Shown here: piece by piece, positions 9,466 through 19,297 of the stretch | Layout of the letters: each line of letters begins with the position of its first letter | Position numbering within the stretch: position 1 is the stretch's first letter | DNA from: Desulfatiglandales bacterium | GTDB taxonomy: Bacteria > Desulfobacterota > DSM-4660 > Desulfatiglandales > Desulfatiglandaceae | Assembly: GCA_963662465.1 (NCBI GenBank) | Contig: OY759599.1 | Span: 1,632,001 to 1,696,000 of the forward strand | DNA length: 64,000 nucleotides | Direction of reading: 5' to 3' | The notes under the pieces: model-generated | The model's database searches: none | Told to the model about the DNA's origin: nothing | What the model saw: the letters and a program-made list of their open reading frames with translations, nothing else | Program-made: the position numbers and the translations under genes

Positions 9466-10089
9466 TCCAACACAAACAGCATCATGGAGTTCCCGTGCGG
9501 CTTTCCGTGGGTCCTCCCGGCAGCAGATAGCGGAAATCACGGCAATACCATAAGCTCCCGCTGACATTACATGGATTGCATTGGCTTGATCAATCCCGCC
9601 GATGGCGATGACCGGCACCGGCGTTGATGCAACGATTTGTTTGAGAAAATCAATACCGCTGACGGGCCCCGCGTCTGCCTTGCTGCCTGTGGGGTAAACG
9701 GGCCCGAAGCCCACATAATCGGCGCCTTCGCCAATGCATTTTTCGATTTCTTCCGGCGTTGCGGCGGATCCACCGATAATGCGGTCTTTTCCCAGAAATT
9801 TTCTCGCCAGAGGGATGGGGAAATCATCCTGTCCCAGGTGTACGCCATCCGCGTCGGCGGCAATGGCTACGTCGATTCGGTCATTGACGATAAAAATAGC
9901 GCCTTTCTCGGCGCACAAGCGTTTCATCTCAGTGGCGGTTTTGATCAGTTCTTTCGTGGAACCTTTTTTTTGGCGGAACTGGATGGCATCAGCCCCCCCG
10001 TCAATGGCCCTTTCCGCGAGTTCCAGGTGTGTAAAACGGTCCTGCAGTACCGTATCCGTCAGCACATGCAATCTTCCGATCTTTTTCAT
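9451..10089 (-). CDS. thiE: Thiamine-phosphate synthase
   Basis: QFRQK, IVNDRIDVA, GVHLGQDD, GPVYPTGSK, AIGGI; start MKKIGRL. Confidence 0.95.
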   Translation of the reverse strand: MKKIGRLHVLTDTVLQDRFTHLELAERAIDGGADAIQFRQKKGSTKELIKTATEMKRLCAEKGAIFIVNDRIDVAIAADADGVHLGQDDFPIPLARKFLGKDRIIGGSAATPEEIEKCIGEGADYVGFGPVYPTGSKADAGPVSGIDFLKQIVASTPVPVIAIGGIDQANAIHVMSAGAYGIAVISAICCREDPRKAARELHDAVCVGLNAD

Positions 10090-10171
10090 TGCGGTTGTTC
10101 CCCCAGTGGTTTCTTCTTTTTGCCCTCCATTGAAATACGAACACGAGATTATTTCAATGGTATGGCGGATG

Positions 10172-11074
10172 TCAAGCCCTGGTAGCGGCGAGAAAGGCGT
10201 TGACCTCCGGGATGACCATTTCATGGGCGTCTTCCAGAATATAGTGGCCTGCATTCGGATATTCTGTCACGGAGGCGTTTGGAAAACGTTGTCGCCATTG
10301 TTTCAGAAATGCACCATCGAAACACCAGTCTTTTATTCCCCAGCAGATTTTCATGGGTTTATGCCGCAACCGGTAAAGAAGCCCTTCTGTTTCCTTTAGA
10401 CAGGCATAAGATGGATGGGACGGATTCATGGGGATGTCTTGTACAAATCGCAATAGGGCAATACGGTTTAGCCAGCTGTTGTAGGGCCACAGCAAACCGG
10501 CCCTTGCATCCTTTTCAAGGCGCCCTGCTACGGCCATTCGGGTTGCGGCCAGGGCAAAACCGTTAAAACCGCGCACTGCCAGTGTTCCGAAAAAGGGAAT
10601 GCGACAAACTGCGATCCGTTTCGGCATGCGCGTGGAACGCCACGCCGCCGTGTTGAAAACCACAAAGCGGCTGAAAAGATCAGGCCGTCGTGTGGCGACC
10701 CCCATCCCGATGGCGCCTCCCCAATCGTGGCAGATCAGCGTGATGCGCTTCAAGCCTAGATGATCCATGAGCTTTTCCAGATTGCCCATATGGTTTCGCA
10801 GGGTATAAGGATATCTTTGAGGTTTGTCGGACAATCCGCACCCCATGTGATCCGGTGCAATGATCCGGTATTCTCCCTTGAGAGCGTCCACCAGGCGCCT
10901 GAAAAAGAACGACCAGGTGGGATTGCCGTGGAGCATCAAAATCGGAGGGTTTTTGGGATTTCCTTCATCCACAAAATGGTACCGCAGGTTTTCCATCAGA
11001 AGGCAGCGACGGCGAAAGTTGTAAGATTTTTGCAGGGCCGGCGGCAGTGGTCTATGGTCTGAAATGTCGTACAA
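10172..11074 (-). CDS. Alpha/beta hydrolase, haloalkane dehalogenase/OleB-like
   Basis: HGNPTWSF, PDHMGCGLSDKP, HDWGG, WGIKDWCF, AGHY; probable TTG start with GAGGA RBS. Confidence 0.85.
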   Translation of the reverse strand: MYDISDHRPLPPALQKSYNFRRRCLLMENLRYHFVDEGNPKNPPILMLHGNPTWSFFFRRLVDALKGEYRIIAPDHMGCGLSDKPQRYPYTLRNHMGNLEKLMDHLGLKRITLICHDWGGAIGMGVATRRPDLFSRFVVFNTAAWRSTRMPKRIAVCRIPFFGTLAVRGFNGFALAATRMAVAGRLEKDARAGLLWPYNSWLNRIALLRFVQDIPMNPSHPSYACLKETEGLLYRLRHKPMKICWGIKDWCFDGAFLKQWRQRFPNASVTEYPNAGHYILEDAHEMVIPEVNAFLAATRA

Positions 11075-11094
11075 GCGTTTTTCCTCAAAGGGAC

Positions 11095-11177
11095 TCGCGC
11101 AAAGGCGCAAAGACGCCAAGGTTTTTGAGCAAATACAGTACAATATTCTTCTTTGCGAGCGTTGCGGCTTTGCGCGA
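11095..11177. repeat. Imperfect palindromic REP-like element (CGCAAAG-type)
   Basis: tcgcgcaaaggcgcaaagacgccaag ... ctttgcgagcgttgcggctttgcgcga. Confidence 0.7.
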
Positions 11178-11384
11178 TAAAAATGACTGGGACAAGAGTA
11201 TCGCAGGCGCCGCGGAAAGGCAAGAATAAGCGCCCAATGGTCGTGGAAGTAAAATGAGAAATCCGGTTGTTGAGAAATCCGGTTGCCAGGGATAATCTCC
11301 CTATGATATCAATTAGAAAAAGACTGATCCGTTTGGCATTTTGCATATCCGTTCTTTCGGTCACTGATAAATGAGGGGAAAGCC

Positions 11385-12506
11385 ATGTCCGTATTGTTCG
11401 AAAAAAGCGAAATCAAGGGAATGATGCTGAAAAATCGGTTTGTTCGATCGGCCACCTGGGAAGGGATGGCGGCGGAAGAGGGCGCCTGCACCCGAAAAAT
11501 AACCCATGTCATGACCGAACTTGCCGAGGGTCAGGTGAGCCTCATCATCTCCAGTCATGCCTATGTACGGCCCGATGGACAGGCTGGGCCCTTCCAGCTT
11601 GGCATTTATCAGGACGAATTCATCGACGCCTACCGGGAAATGACAAAGGCCGTTCATGAGCGGGACAGCAAAATTGTACTCCAGATCACCCATGCAGGGG
11701 CTTTTGCCAGCGCTAAACTCATTGGAAAGCCCCCCCTGGCATTTTCAAGTGTTGAAGACTTCACCAAATCCCCCCGCAGGATTATGGAAAAGGACGACAT
11801 GGATGAACTGGTGGACGCTTTTGCCCAAGGGGCGCGGCGTGCCAGGGAAGCTGGATTCGATGGCGTTCAAATCCACGCGGCTCACGGATATCTCTTAAGC
11901 CAATCTCTTTCTCCTGCCTTGAACAAACGTAACGATGCCTATGGCGGAAGCTTGGAAAAACGGGCCAGGCTGGTACTGGAAGTGCTTCAGGCGGTTCGTG
12001 GTGCGGTGGGTAATGACTTCCCCATCCTTGTAAAATTGAATTCCGAGGATTTCCTTGAAGGAGGACTCACCCTGGATGATTCGGTCCAGGTAGGTGAAAT
12101 GCTGGAAAAGGGCGGAATCGATGCTATCGAATTGAGCGGTGGTACATTTTTCTCCGGAAAGCGGAATCCTTCCCGGATGGGAATTGCCACTGAAGAAAAA
12201 GAAGCCTACTTCAAGGAGGCGGCCAAAACCTTTAAGCAAAAAATACGCATCCCCTTGATCCTCGTGGGTGGGAACCGATCCTTTCAAGTGGCATCGCAAC
12301 TGGTTCAGGACGGATATGCGGATTATATCTCCATGAGCCGGCCTTTTATCCGGGAGCCCGGATTAATCAAAAGATGGGCATCTGGTGATCTGAGGAAAGC
12401 CAAATGCCTTTCCGACAATTTCTGTTTCAAGCCGGCCATGGAGGGTGAAGGGATCTATTGCGTGGTGGAAAAACGCTTAAAAGAAAAGAAGCAGTTGGAA
12501 AAGTAA
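11385..12506 (+). CDS. NADH:flavin oxidoreductase (Old Yellow Enzyme family)
   Basis: NRFVRSAT, QITHAG, GFDGVQIHAAHGYLLSQ, YGGSLEKR, SRPFIREP, C-terminal Cys motif. Confidence 0.93.
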   Translation: MSVLFEKSEIKGMMLKNRFVRSATWEGMAAEEGACTRKITHVMTELAEGQVSLIISSHAYVRPDGQAGPFQLGIYQDEFIDAYREMTKAVHERDSKIVLQITHAGAFASAKLIGKPPLAFSSVEDFTKSPRRIMEKDDMDELVDAFAQGARRAREAGFDGVQIHAAHGYLLSQSLSPALNKRNDAYGGSLEKRARLVLEVLQAVRGAVGNDFPILVKLNSEDFLEGGLTLDDSVQVGEMLEKGGIDAIELSGGTFFSGKRNPSRMGIATEEKEAYFKEAAKTFKQKIRIPLILVGGNRSFQVASQLVQDGYADYISMSRPFIREPGLIKRWASGDLRKAKCLSDNFCFKPAMEGEGIYCVVEKRLKEKKQLEK

Positions 12507-12510
12507 TCCC

Positions 12511-13371
12511 TCAGATGCGCAGCAGCAGGATGGACGCCATGGTCAGAAAAATCCCGGTGATTCGCCACCGGTTGAGCCTTTCTTTGTAAATCAGGGCGGA
12601 TAATATGACGGCGATGACAAAATGCATGGCTGTGATCGATGTGATGATGGAAAGGGGCCCGGTGGAAAGGGCCTTGAGATAGCAGTAAAATCCCGCCAGG
12701 TTGATCAATCCCATGAAAAAACCGATTATGAGAGCGTCCTTGTGGTTTTCATTTGCATCGACGGACTGCGCTTTGTTGCGAAAACCAAAGGAAAGAAGGG
12801 TGGCAAAGGTATATGAAACAGCCATAAAGGCCATTTTGTTGGCATAAAGGGCCGCGAATTTGCTCGATATGGATGCCAGGGCGCCGGCCAGGATGGAGAT
12901 GCCGATGAACAGAAATCCTAATCTTCTGTTTCCATGGGGGCTCTCTTTTTCGCCCGTATCCCGGGCCAGAACCACCACGGCCCCCAGGGCCAGAAAAATT
13001 CCCATTCCCTGGTAAACGGACAGAATATCCCCGAAATAGAAAATGGAAAAAATAACGACGATGGCGGCATTGAGCCGAATGACCGGATAGGCGATACCGG
13101 CGGGAATCCGCTTGAGGGCTTCCATATTGCTCATGGTGGCAATAAAAAAGGTCAGGCTGTTGGCCAGGGCGATAAACAACAGAAACCCGATGTTTTGAAC
13201 CGTTTCACCTTGGGCGAAAAAAAGAATCGTACTCAAAAATGCCACGGTGCCCATGAAGGAAAAACTGGTCCAGGCGGAATTGCATCGCCGTTCCGCCGAA
13301 ACCTTGTACAGGAATCTCTGAACGCCCAGAAAAAACAGGGCAATGGCGGCGAATGTATACCAGTCGGCCAT
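12511..13371 (-). CDS. EamA/DMT family transporter
   Basis: About 10 TM in two repeats, ending LIYKERLNRWRITG. Confidence 0.88.
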   Translation of the reverse strand: MADWYTFAAIALFFLGVQRFLYKVSAERRCNSAWTSFSFMGTVAFLSTILFFAQGETVQNIGFLLFIALANSLTFFIATMSNMEALKRIPAGIAYPVIRLNAAIVVIFSIFYFGDILSVYQGMGIFLALGAVVVLARDTGEKESPHGNRRLGFLFIGISILAGALASISSKFAALYANKMAFMAVSYTFATLLSFGFRNKAQSVDANENHKDALIIGFFMGLINLAGFYCYLKALSTGPLSIITSITAMHFVIAVILSALIYKERLNRWRITGIFLTMASILLLRI

Positions 13372-13696
13372 CAGCCTGTTTGTTGGAGGTCCTTGGCCCC
13401 CATCCGAAGATCGGGATTGAAAGCCCGAGCCATTTTGAAAAGGAGCCTGTTGAGATCGTAGGGTTTGGAAATATAGTTGTTAGGCCAAGCCCTTATGCAG
13501 GTTATGTTGTCAGTTCGTTTATGTTGTATGTATTTATTTCCTTCCATGGAAATCCGTAAAATTGAGATGGTTGAAGGTTGTTAACGCCCATAAATACTTT
13601 ATTGCAAAACCGGGTTGTTTGATGGTAACCATAACAAATCCATCGTTCAATTGGGGATAATTCTTATGCCGTATGCTTGTTGTGGGAGGCTCTCTA

Positions 13697-14398
13697 ATGA
13701 AAAAGCTTGATAATTTTCCAAAAATTGAGTGTCCATTCGTTCGGAAAAAGTACAAGGTAAACAGGGACCATTGGAAAAAACACGGAAAAAAATTTCAACT
13801 TCGAAACCCTGAAGTGTATTTGGTCACGCCGGAAGTTACCCCGGAATATGAATGGGTTTTTGAGGATGAGACCATGGCCGTTGAAAAACTGGACGGCACC
13901 AATGTTAAGCTCCTGACGGAGAATGGCCGGTTGACTTCTCTGTATAACAGGAAAAACCCCATTGATCCTTTACAAATCATAAAAGGAAAAACATTTATAA
14001 TCGAAGGTATCTTCAGAGCGGTTCAGAAAGGATATATCGAGAAAGACGGGGAGCAGGCGGGCGAAGTGATCGGCCCAAAATTGCAGGGAAATCCTTATAG
14101 ATTGGATAATCATATTTGGTATCCTTTCAGCAAGGCGGTGAAGCATTTGTCTTATCGGTCTTTTCACGAGCACGAAAAGAATTTTGACAATTGGAGTGGA
14201 TGGTTCAAAGACCATCTGGTTTCTCGTTTTGTTGCAAAACGGAAGAAAAAATATCATGAATACCATGACGTCATGGCCGAGGGGGTTGTATTTTACAATC
14301 TGAGAAGAAAAGAAGAAGGTAAAATTTACAGGGCAAAACTGAGGCGGGACATGTTTGACTGGTATTACCGTGATGTGATTGAAATCCATGATTCCTGA
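13697..14398 (+). CDS. ATP-dependent RNA ligase-like nucleotidyltransferase (stand-alone, RLIG1/Rnl-like)
   Basis: Motif I EKLDG, EVIGPKLQGNPY, motif IV EGVVF, motif V AKLR; no OB domain; GGAGG RBS before MKKLD. Confidence 0.75.
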   Translation: MKKLDNFPKIECPFVRKKYKVNRDHWKKHGKKFQLRNPEVYLVTPEVTPEYEWVFEDETMAVEKLDGTNVKLLTENGRLTSLYNRKNPIDPLQIIKGKTFIIEGIFRAVQKGYIEKDGEQAGEVIGPKLQGNPYRLDNHIWYPFSKAVKHLSYRSFHEHEKNFDNWSGWFKDHLVSRFVAKRKKKYHEYHDVMAEGVVFYNLRRKEEGKIYRAKLRRDMFDWYYRDVIEIHDS

Positions 14399-14428
14399 AG
14401 GATGCACCTACACCACCAAAAGCAATGA

Positions 14429-15676
14429 CTATTGCTCAACCGAATAGGGATTTAAAAATTGCCGTTTCCAAAGAAGTTTTTTATCCACTTCATTCAACTC
14501 AGCTTCTTCGCATACGGCTTCCCAATGCTTTTCGATTGCGGCAGTCAGGTTATCGAATGTTTCGCGGGCTTCTTCCTCAGAAAGAAGGAAGTTGTGCGCG
14601 GTCTCAAGACACGTTTTGAGCCGGCTCAAATTGTTGTTTCCGGATATAAGCATCGCCTGTGAAGCCTCATTGCCGGTACGGCCTTGGGGACAAATGTCAT
14701 AGGCAGGCGTCAGGGTGAGCATTTTACCATCCCAAAACGCCGCATGGTTTCGCGCATGATCGTCGGTATTGCCGCACAGAATGTTGAAGACGAGCCGAGA
14801 AAACAGCTCTTTCAGCGTATGCTTCGGCTCGGTAAAACGGTGGCGAATGATTTCGGACAACGTTTCATAGCTGGCGTACCGCGCCATCATTTCATCCAAG
14901 CGAAACAGCGTTAGAGCGGAGACCATGGCCTTTCGCGCCCACTTGTCGCCTTTTGGTACGCGGTCAAAACGCTCGATCAAGAGTACGTCTTTGTTTGCCG
15001 CTTTGGCCAGCTTGACGGGTGAAGCGTTCAGCCCGGCCAATTCAGCCAGTCGCATGGCGATGAATTCAGCTTTAACAACGCTGTACAGATCGGTGCTGGA
15101 TGAAAACTTGGCCACGTATTTTTTGCCTTGGTCTTGAATTAAGGCTTTAGGACGAGCGCCGCCAATAGAAGTGCCATGGAACAACGCCTGATCCAGCTCT
15201 GGTGTGAGGGGCACGCCTTTCTCGACCCGTTCCGCAGATTCAATTAATTCTTCCATGCTGACATTATTAGCGGTACGTGGCACGTACTCCGTAGGAGATT
15301 GTTGAAAATCGAGCGCACCGATCCGGTCTGAACCGGACTCCAGAAGGTAGGTCAGTTCATCCAGCTCGGCTGTATCTGTGTCTGCGCCTTTAAGCCCCAA
15401 CTTTTTGTTGATAATCACACGCCGGCCCCACGCGTCGGGCGCGGCATCCCGGATACAACCGGGCATGGTCAAACCCTCAAGCAAGGGGAGCTGTCCAGCC
15501 TTTAGCGGTAATTCGGGATCGTAAATTGCGATCAAAGGTTTGCTGTCACGGATACGGTTCAAGTAGCTTTTACCGTAGTTGAACAGGATATTGCCGTTAT
15601 CAGCTTCAAGCCGTCCGGCCACGACAGGGTCGGTTTCATCCGGCAGCCATATCCAGACAAAGGCTTCTTTCTCCAT
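14429..15676 (-). CDS. hipA: HipA family toxin kinase
   Basis: APDAWGR, DRIGALDF, GTSIGGARPK, ERFDR, NTDDHARNH, LTPAYD. Confidence 0.93.
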   Translation of the reverse strand: MEKEAFVWIWLPDETDPVVAGRLEADNGNILFNYGKSYLNRIRDSKPLIAIYDPELPLKAGQLPLLEGLTMPGCIRDAAPDAWGRRVIINKKLGLKGADTDTAELDELTYLLESGSDRIGALDFQQSPTEYVPRTANNVSMEELIESAERVEKGVPLTPELDQALFHGTSIGGARPKALIQDQGKKYVAKFSSSTDLYSVVKAEFIAMRLAELAGLNASPVKLAKAANKDVLLIERFDRVPKGDKWARKAMVSALTLFRLDEMMARYASYETLSEIIRHRFTEPKHTLKELFSRLVFNILCGNTDDHARNHAAFWDGKMLTLTPAYDICPQGRTGNEASQAMLISGNNNLSRLKTCLETAHNFLLSEEEARETFDNLTAAIEKHWEAVCEEAELNEVDKKLLWKRQFLNPYSVEQ

Positions 15677-15733
15677 CTTAGTACCTTATCACCTGGTTTT
15701 CTGTCACAAAAAACAAGAAAATGATGGCACAGG

Positions 15734-15779
15734 AACTTAAAACCTAAAACTTAAAACTTAAAACTGCGGCTATGCCGCG
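15734..15779. repeat. Heptamer (ACTTAAA) tandem repeat plus GC hairpin between hipB and hipA
   Basis: aacttaaaacctaaaacttaaaacttaaaactgcggctatgccgcg. Confidence 0.75.
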
Positions 15780-16118
15780 TTAGAAGTCATCGCGAACCAC
15801 TCTGGGTTTCTTGCGAACAGATTTTGGCAGTAGCGCCAGCTTTTCCTTTTTTTGAGTCAGGTATTTCGTCAGCATGCTTTCATCGGCATCAAACAGCTTG
15901 ATGCCAACAAGGGTTGCCACTTCGAACGCGGCTCCGATTTCACATTTGAGATTGCCTTTTTCGATGCGTTGCAACAGTCCTCTGGAAATACCGGCGCGAT
16001 CGGCCAATTCCTGTGCAGTGAGCTTGCGCTCATTACGCGCTTCGCGGATCAACGCGCCGAGCAAGGCAGCCGCATCGCGGCTATAACGTGAGTAGGTGCG
16101 TATGATAGACTTCGGCAT
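15780..16118 (-). CDS. XRE/HipB-like HTH antitoxin
   Basis: LTAQELADRAGISRGLLQRIEKG; directly upstream of hipA. Confidence 0.88.
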   Translation of the reverse strand: MPKSIIRTYSRYSRDAAALLGALIREARNERKLTAQELADRAGISRGLLQRIEKGNLKCEIGAAFEVATLVGIKLFDADESMLTKYLTQKKEKLALLPKSVRKKPRVVRDDF

Positions 16119-16336
16119 CGTTTTTCCTCTGATTCACATATAGCCCATAAAACTGTTTAATGATTTTTCCGTGAGTCACGAAGTAATGAATAATTATCAG
16201 CTTGTCAAGACAGAATTGGTCTTTATATAGATCTTATAATGATCTTGTGGGCTATATGGAGACCATTGCCTCAACGATCGTTATCGCTTGAGACCAAAAA
16301 ATATTGACGAATCATTTGTTTCGTGAGATAAGGGCC

Positions 16337-16437
16337 ATGGTCTCGTAAAAAGTCCGATTTTGGTCTTTTTAGCACCTCTAAACCATTGATATCATTAGGT
16401 GTGAATTTCGGTTTTTTTTGACTTTTTACGGGACCAT
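16337..16437. mobile_element. About 100-bp MITE-like element
   Basis: 18-bp terminal IR atggtctcgtaaaaagtc / gactttttacgggaccat with 1 mismatch; no ORF. Confidence 0.75.
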
Positions 16438-16450
16438 CAAGGGTAAGGAT

Positions 16451-19282
16451 ATGAAAAAAATGGTAAAACAAAAAATCGGTATCCAGAATTTCCTGGTCAG
16501 ACACATGGTGCTGACCGCGGCCATTTCTTTCTGTCTGGTGCTTTTTATCTGGATTTCCAACGAATATGCATTTTTCCTGACGAAATCCAAACTGTTGCGG
16601 GAGGAATATTTGACATCTCAAAAGGGGATGCTCAAAAGCGAAGTCAATAATGTGGTCGAGTATATTAACTATATGAAATCACAGATTGAAATAAATCTCA
16701 AATCCGAGTTGCGGGGACGTGTTTATGAGGCCGTCGCCATAGCGGAGAATATTTACCGGGAGAACGTAGGCGCCAAGCCCATTGACGACATAAAAAAAAT
16801 GATCAAAGACGCTCTCAGGCCCATACGGTTTCTTAATGGGCGGGGATATTACTTTGCATTCTCGATGGATGGCATCGAAACGCTTTTTTCCGACCGGCCG
16901 GAAATGGAAGGGGTGAATATGCTTCCCGTTCAAGGGGCCAAGGGTGAATATGTGGTCAAGGACATGATCGAGATGGTCCAAAATCAGCGGGAAGGGTTCT
17001 ATCAATACACCTGGACAAAACCGTCGCAACAGGGAAAGGATTTTTTAAAAATTGCGTTTGTAAAATATTTTAAACCCCTTGACTGGTCCATTGGAACCGG
17101 AGAATACCTCAAAGATTTCACCGAACAAATCCAGGATTTGGTGCTCAAGAGAATCGTGAGCCTGAGATTCGGGGATGAAGGGTATTTTTTCGGCAGCATG
17201 GAGGACGGGTATCCCTTGTTCACCAATGGGAAAATCACCCGGGGTGGCGCCCGCATCTGGGATATAGAGGATGCGGCGGGCGAAAAAATCATTCAAAAGC
17301 AGCAGAAGGTTTCCAAAACTTCACAGGGCGGATTTGTTGAATATGTCTGGCATAAATTGGGTGCGAAGAATCCATCACCCAAGATTTCATACGTCCGCAG
17401 CATCCCCGGATGGGGTTGGACCATTGGCGCCGGTGTGTACGTTGATACCGTTGAAGAAATTATTGCCAAAAACGAAGCCGTGCTGAAACGGGAGCTCATC
17501 AAGAAAGTGGCTGCCAGTACAGCGGTTCTGACGATTTTGATTGTTCTGCTCTGGTTTTGGGCGAAATACGTGGGAGGTAAAACCCGAAAGAGCATTAAGA
17601 CGTTTGAATCCTTCTTTAACAGAGCGACCAGCGAGTCCGTCACCATACCGACCGGGGAGATGCCCTTTCGGGAATTATCCCGCATTGCCGATTCCGCAAA
17701 CCACATGATCAAGACACAGAAACAGACGGAGAAAGCCCTTCGGGAGAGTGAAGAAAAATTCAGGTTGATTTCCGAACAATCGTTGCTGGCAATCGGCATT
17801 CTTCAGGACGGGTATGTCAAATATGCCAACGAAATGTATTCAACGATGACCGGATATTCCCTTGAAGAGATCAATCACTGGGAACCGTACGGGTATGCCA
17901 TAACCATTCACCATGACGATCTTCCGTTCGTCATGGCGCAGGCCGAAAAAAAGCAGGCGGGTGAAACTGACGTGTCAACCCATTACCGATTCAGGGGGGT
18001 TACAAAGGACAAAAACATGACCTGGTGGGATCTTTATTCAAAAACCATCGCCTACCATGGAAAGCCCGCGGATCTTTTTGCCATCATTGATATTACGGAG
18101 CGGGAAAAATCAGAAGCAGAGCGAAAAGCCCTTCAAAAACAACTGCAACATGCTCAGAAAATGGAAGCCATCGGAACACTGGCCGGTGGTGTTGCCCATG
18201 ATTTTAACAACCTGCTGACGGGGATACAGGGACGTGCTTCACTGGTATTGATGGATAAGGATGCTTCCCATCCGGATTTTGAACACCTGACAGCCATTGA
18301 GGCTCACGTCAGGAGCGCCGCCGGCCTGACCCGACAGCTCCTGGGGTTTGCCAGAGGGGGGAAATATGAGGTCAAGCCGACGGATTTAAATGCGCTCATT
18401 CAGAAAGAGACGGAAATGTTCGGTCGCACCCGAAAGGAGCTCAGTATCCATGAAAAATATGAAAACGAGCTCTGGACCGTGTCCGTTGACCGGGGGCAAA
18501 TGGCGCAAGTTTTTTTAAATCTCTATGTGAATGCATGGCAGGCCATGGGCGCCGGCGGTGAACTCCGTATTGAGACACAAAATGTTACCTTGCATGAAGA
18601 CAAAACAGAACCGCATGACGTTAAACCCGGCAGGTATGTTCAAATAGCCGTATCAGATACGGGGGTTGGAATGAATAAAGCAACCCTGGAAAAAATTTTC
18701 GACCCTTTCTTTACCACCAAGGAGATGGGGAGAGGTACGGGTCTGGGGTTGGCCTCCGTATACGGCATCGTCAAGAATCATGGTGGATTCATAGATGTTG
18801 ACAGCAAAGAAGGACATGGCAGCACTTTTACAATTTGTTTGCCCGCTTCACATGAGGTGGTTATAAAAGATAAAATGTCGCCGGTAGAGCTGCTACGAGG
18901 CTCTGAAACAGTTCTTTTTGTAGATGATGAGGAGATCCTCACGGAATTTGCGGAAGATCTGCTCAGTCGATTGGGTTACACGGTTCTGATCGCCAAAAGT
19001 GGAAAAGAAGCCGTCAGAATATATGATGATAACAGGGAGAGCATCGACATTGTGTTGTTGGATATGATTATGCCGAATATGGGCGGTGGCGAAACCTACG
19101 AACACCTGAAAAGGATGGATTCCAAGGTCAAGGTCCTCCTTTCCAGCGGATACAGCATTGATGGTCAGGCCACCGCCATATTGAACAGGGGCTGTAATGG
19201 CTTTATCCAAAAACCCTTCAACATCCAAACACTGTCGGAAAAACTGAGGGAAATTCTGGATGCGAAACCGGAATGTTTGTAG
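16451..19282 (+). CDS. Hybrid sensor kinase (two sCache_2 domains, PAS, HisKA, HATPase, REC)
   Basis: Two GYxF...YxWxK...W.IG.G.Y Cache repeats; [18 protein letters not shown]...GTGLGL; LLDMIMP. Confidence 0.92.
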   Translation: MKKMVKQKIGIQNFLVRHMVLTAAISFCLVLFIWISNEYAFFLTKSKLLREEYLTSQKGMLKSEVNNVVEYINYMKSQIEINLKSELRGRVYEAVAIAENIYRENVGAKPIDDIKKMIKDALRPIRFLNGRGYYFAFSMDGIETLFSDRPEMEGVNMLPVQGAKGEYVVKDMIEMVQNQREGFYQYTWTKPSQQGKDFLKIAFVKYFKPLDWSIGTGEYLKDFTEQIQDLVLKRIVSLRFGDEGYFFGSMEDGYPLFTNGKITRGGARIWDIEDAAGEKIIQKQQKVSKTSQGGFVEYVWHKLGAKNPSPKISYVRSIPGWGWTIGAGVYVDTVEEIIAKNEAVLKRELIKKVAASTAVLTILIVLLWFWAKYVGGKTRKSIKTFESFFNRATSESVTIPTGEMPFRELSRIADSANHMIKTQKQTEKALRESEEKFRLISEQSLLAIGILQDGYVKYANEMYSTMTGYSLEEINHWEPYGYAITIHHDDLPFVMAQAEKKQAGETDVSTHYRFRGVTKDKNMTWWDLYSKTIAYHGKPADLFAIIDITEREKSEAERKALQKQLQHAQKMEAIGTLAGGVAHDFNNLLTGIQGRASLVLMDKDASHPDFEHLTAIEAHVRSAAGLTRQLLGFARGGKYEVKPTDLNALIQKETEMFGRTRKELSIHEKYENELWTVSVDRGQMAQVFLNLYVNAWQAMGAGGELRIETQNVTLHEDKTEPHDVKPGRYVQIAVSDTGVGMNKATLEKIFDPFFTTKEMGRGTGLGLASVYGIVKNHGGFIDVDSKEGHGSTFTICLPASHEVVIKDKMSPVELLRGSETVLFVDDEEILTEFAEDLLSRLGYTVLIAKSGKEAVRIYDDNRESIDIVLLDMIMPNMGGGETYEHLKRMDSKVKVLLSSGYSIDGQATAILNRGCNGFIQKPFNIQTLSEKLREILDAKPECL

Positions 19283-19297
19283 TTGTAATTTTTCTGG

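Noticed and set aside
10090..10171. Possible TPP riboswitch upstream of thiE
   Set aside because: No CTGAGA or other TPP aptamer core found here or upstream of the hydrolase gene
13470..13535. GTTAGGC plus repeated TTATG motifs upstream of the RNA ligase, resembling an integron attI or dif-like site
   Set aside because: No integrase gene, no attC after the ligase gene, and no proper XerC/XerD arm spacing; too weak to call
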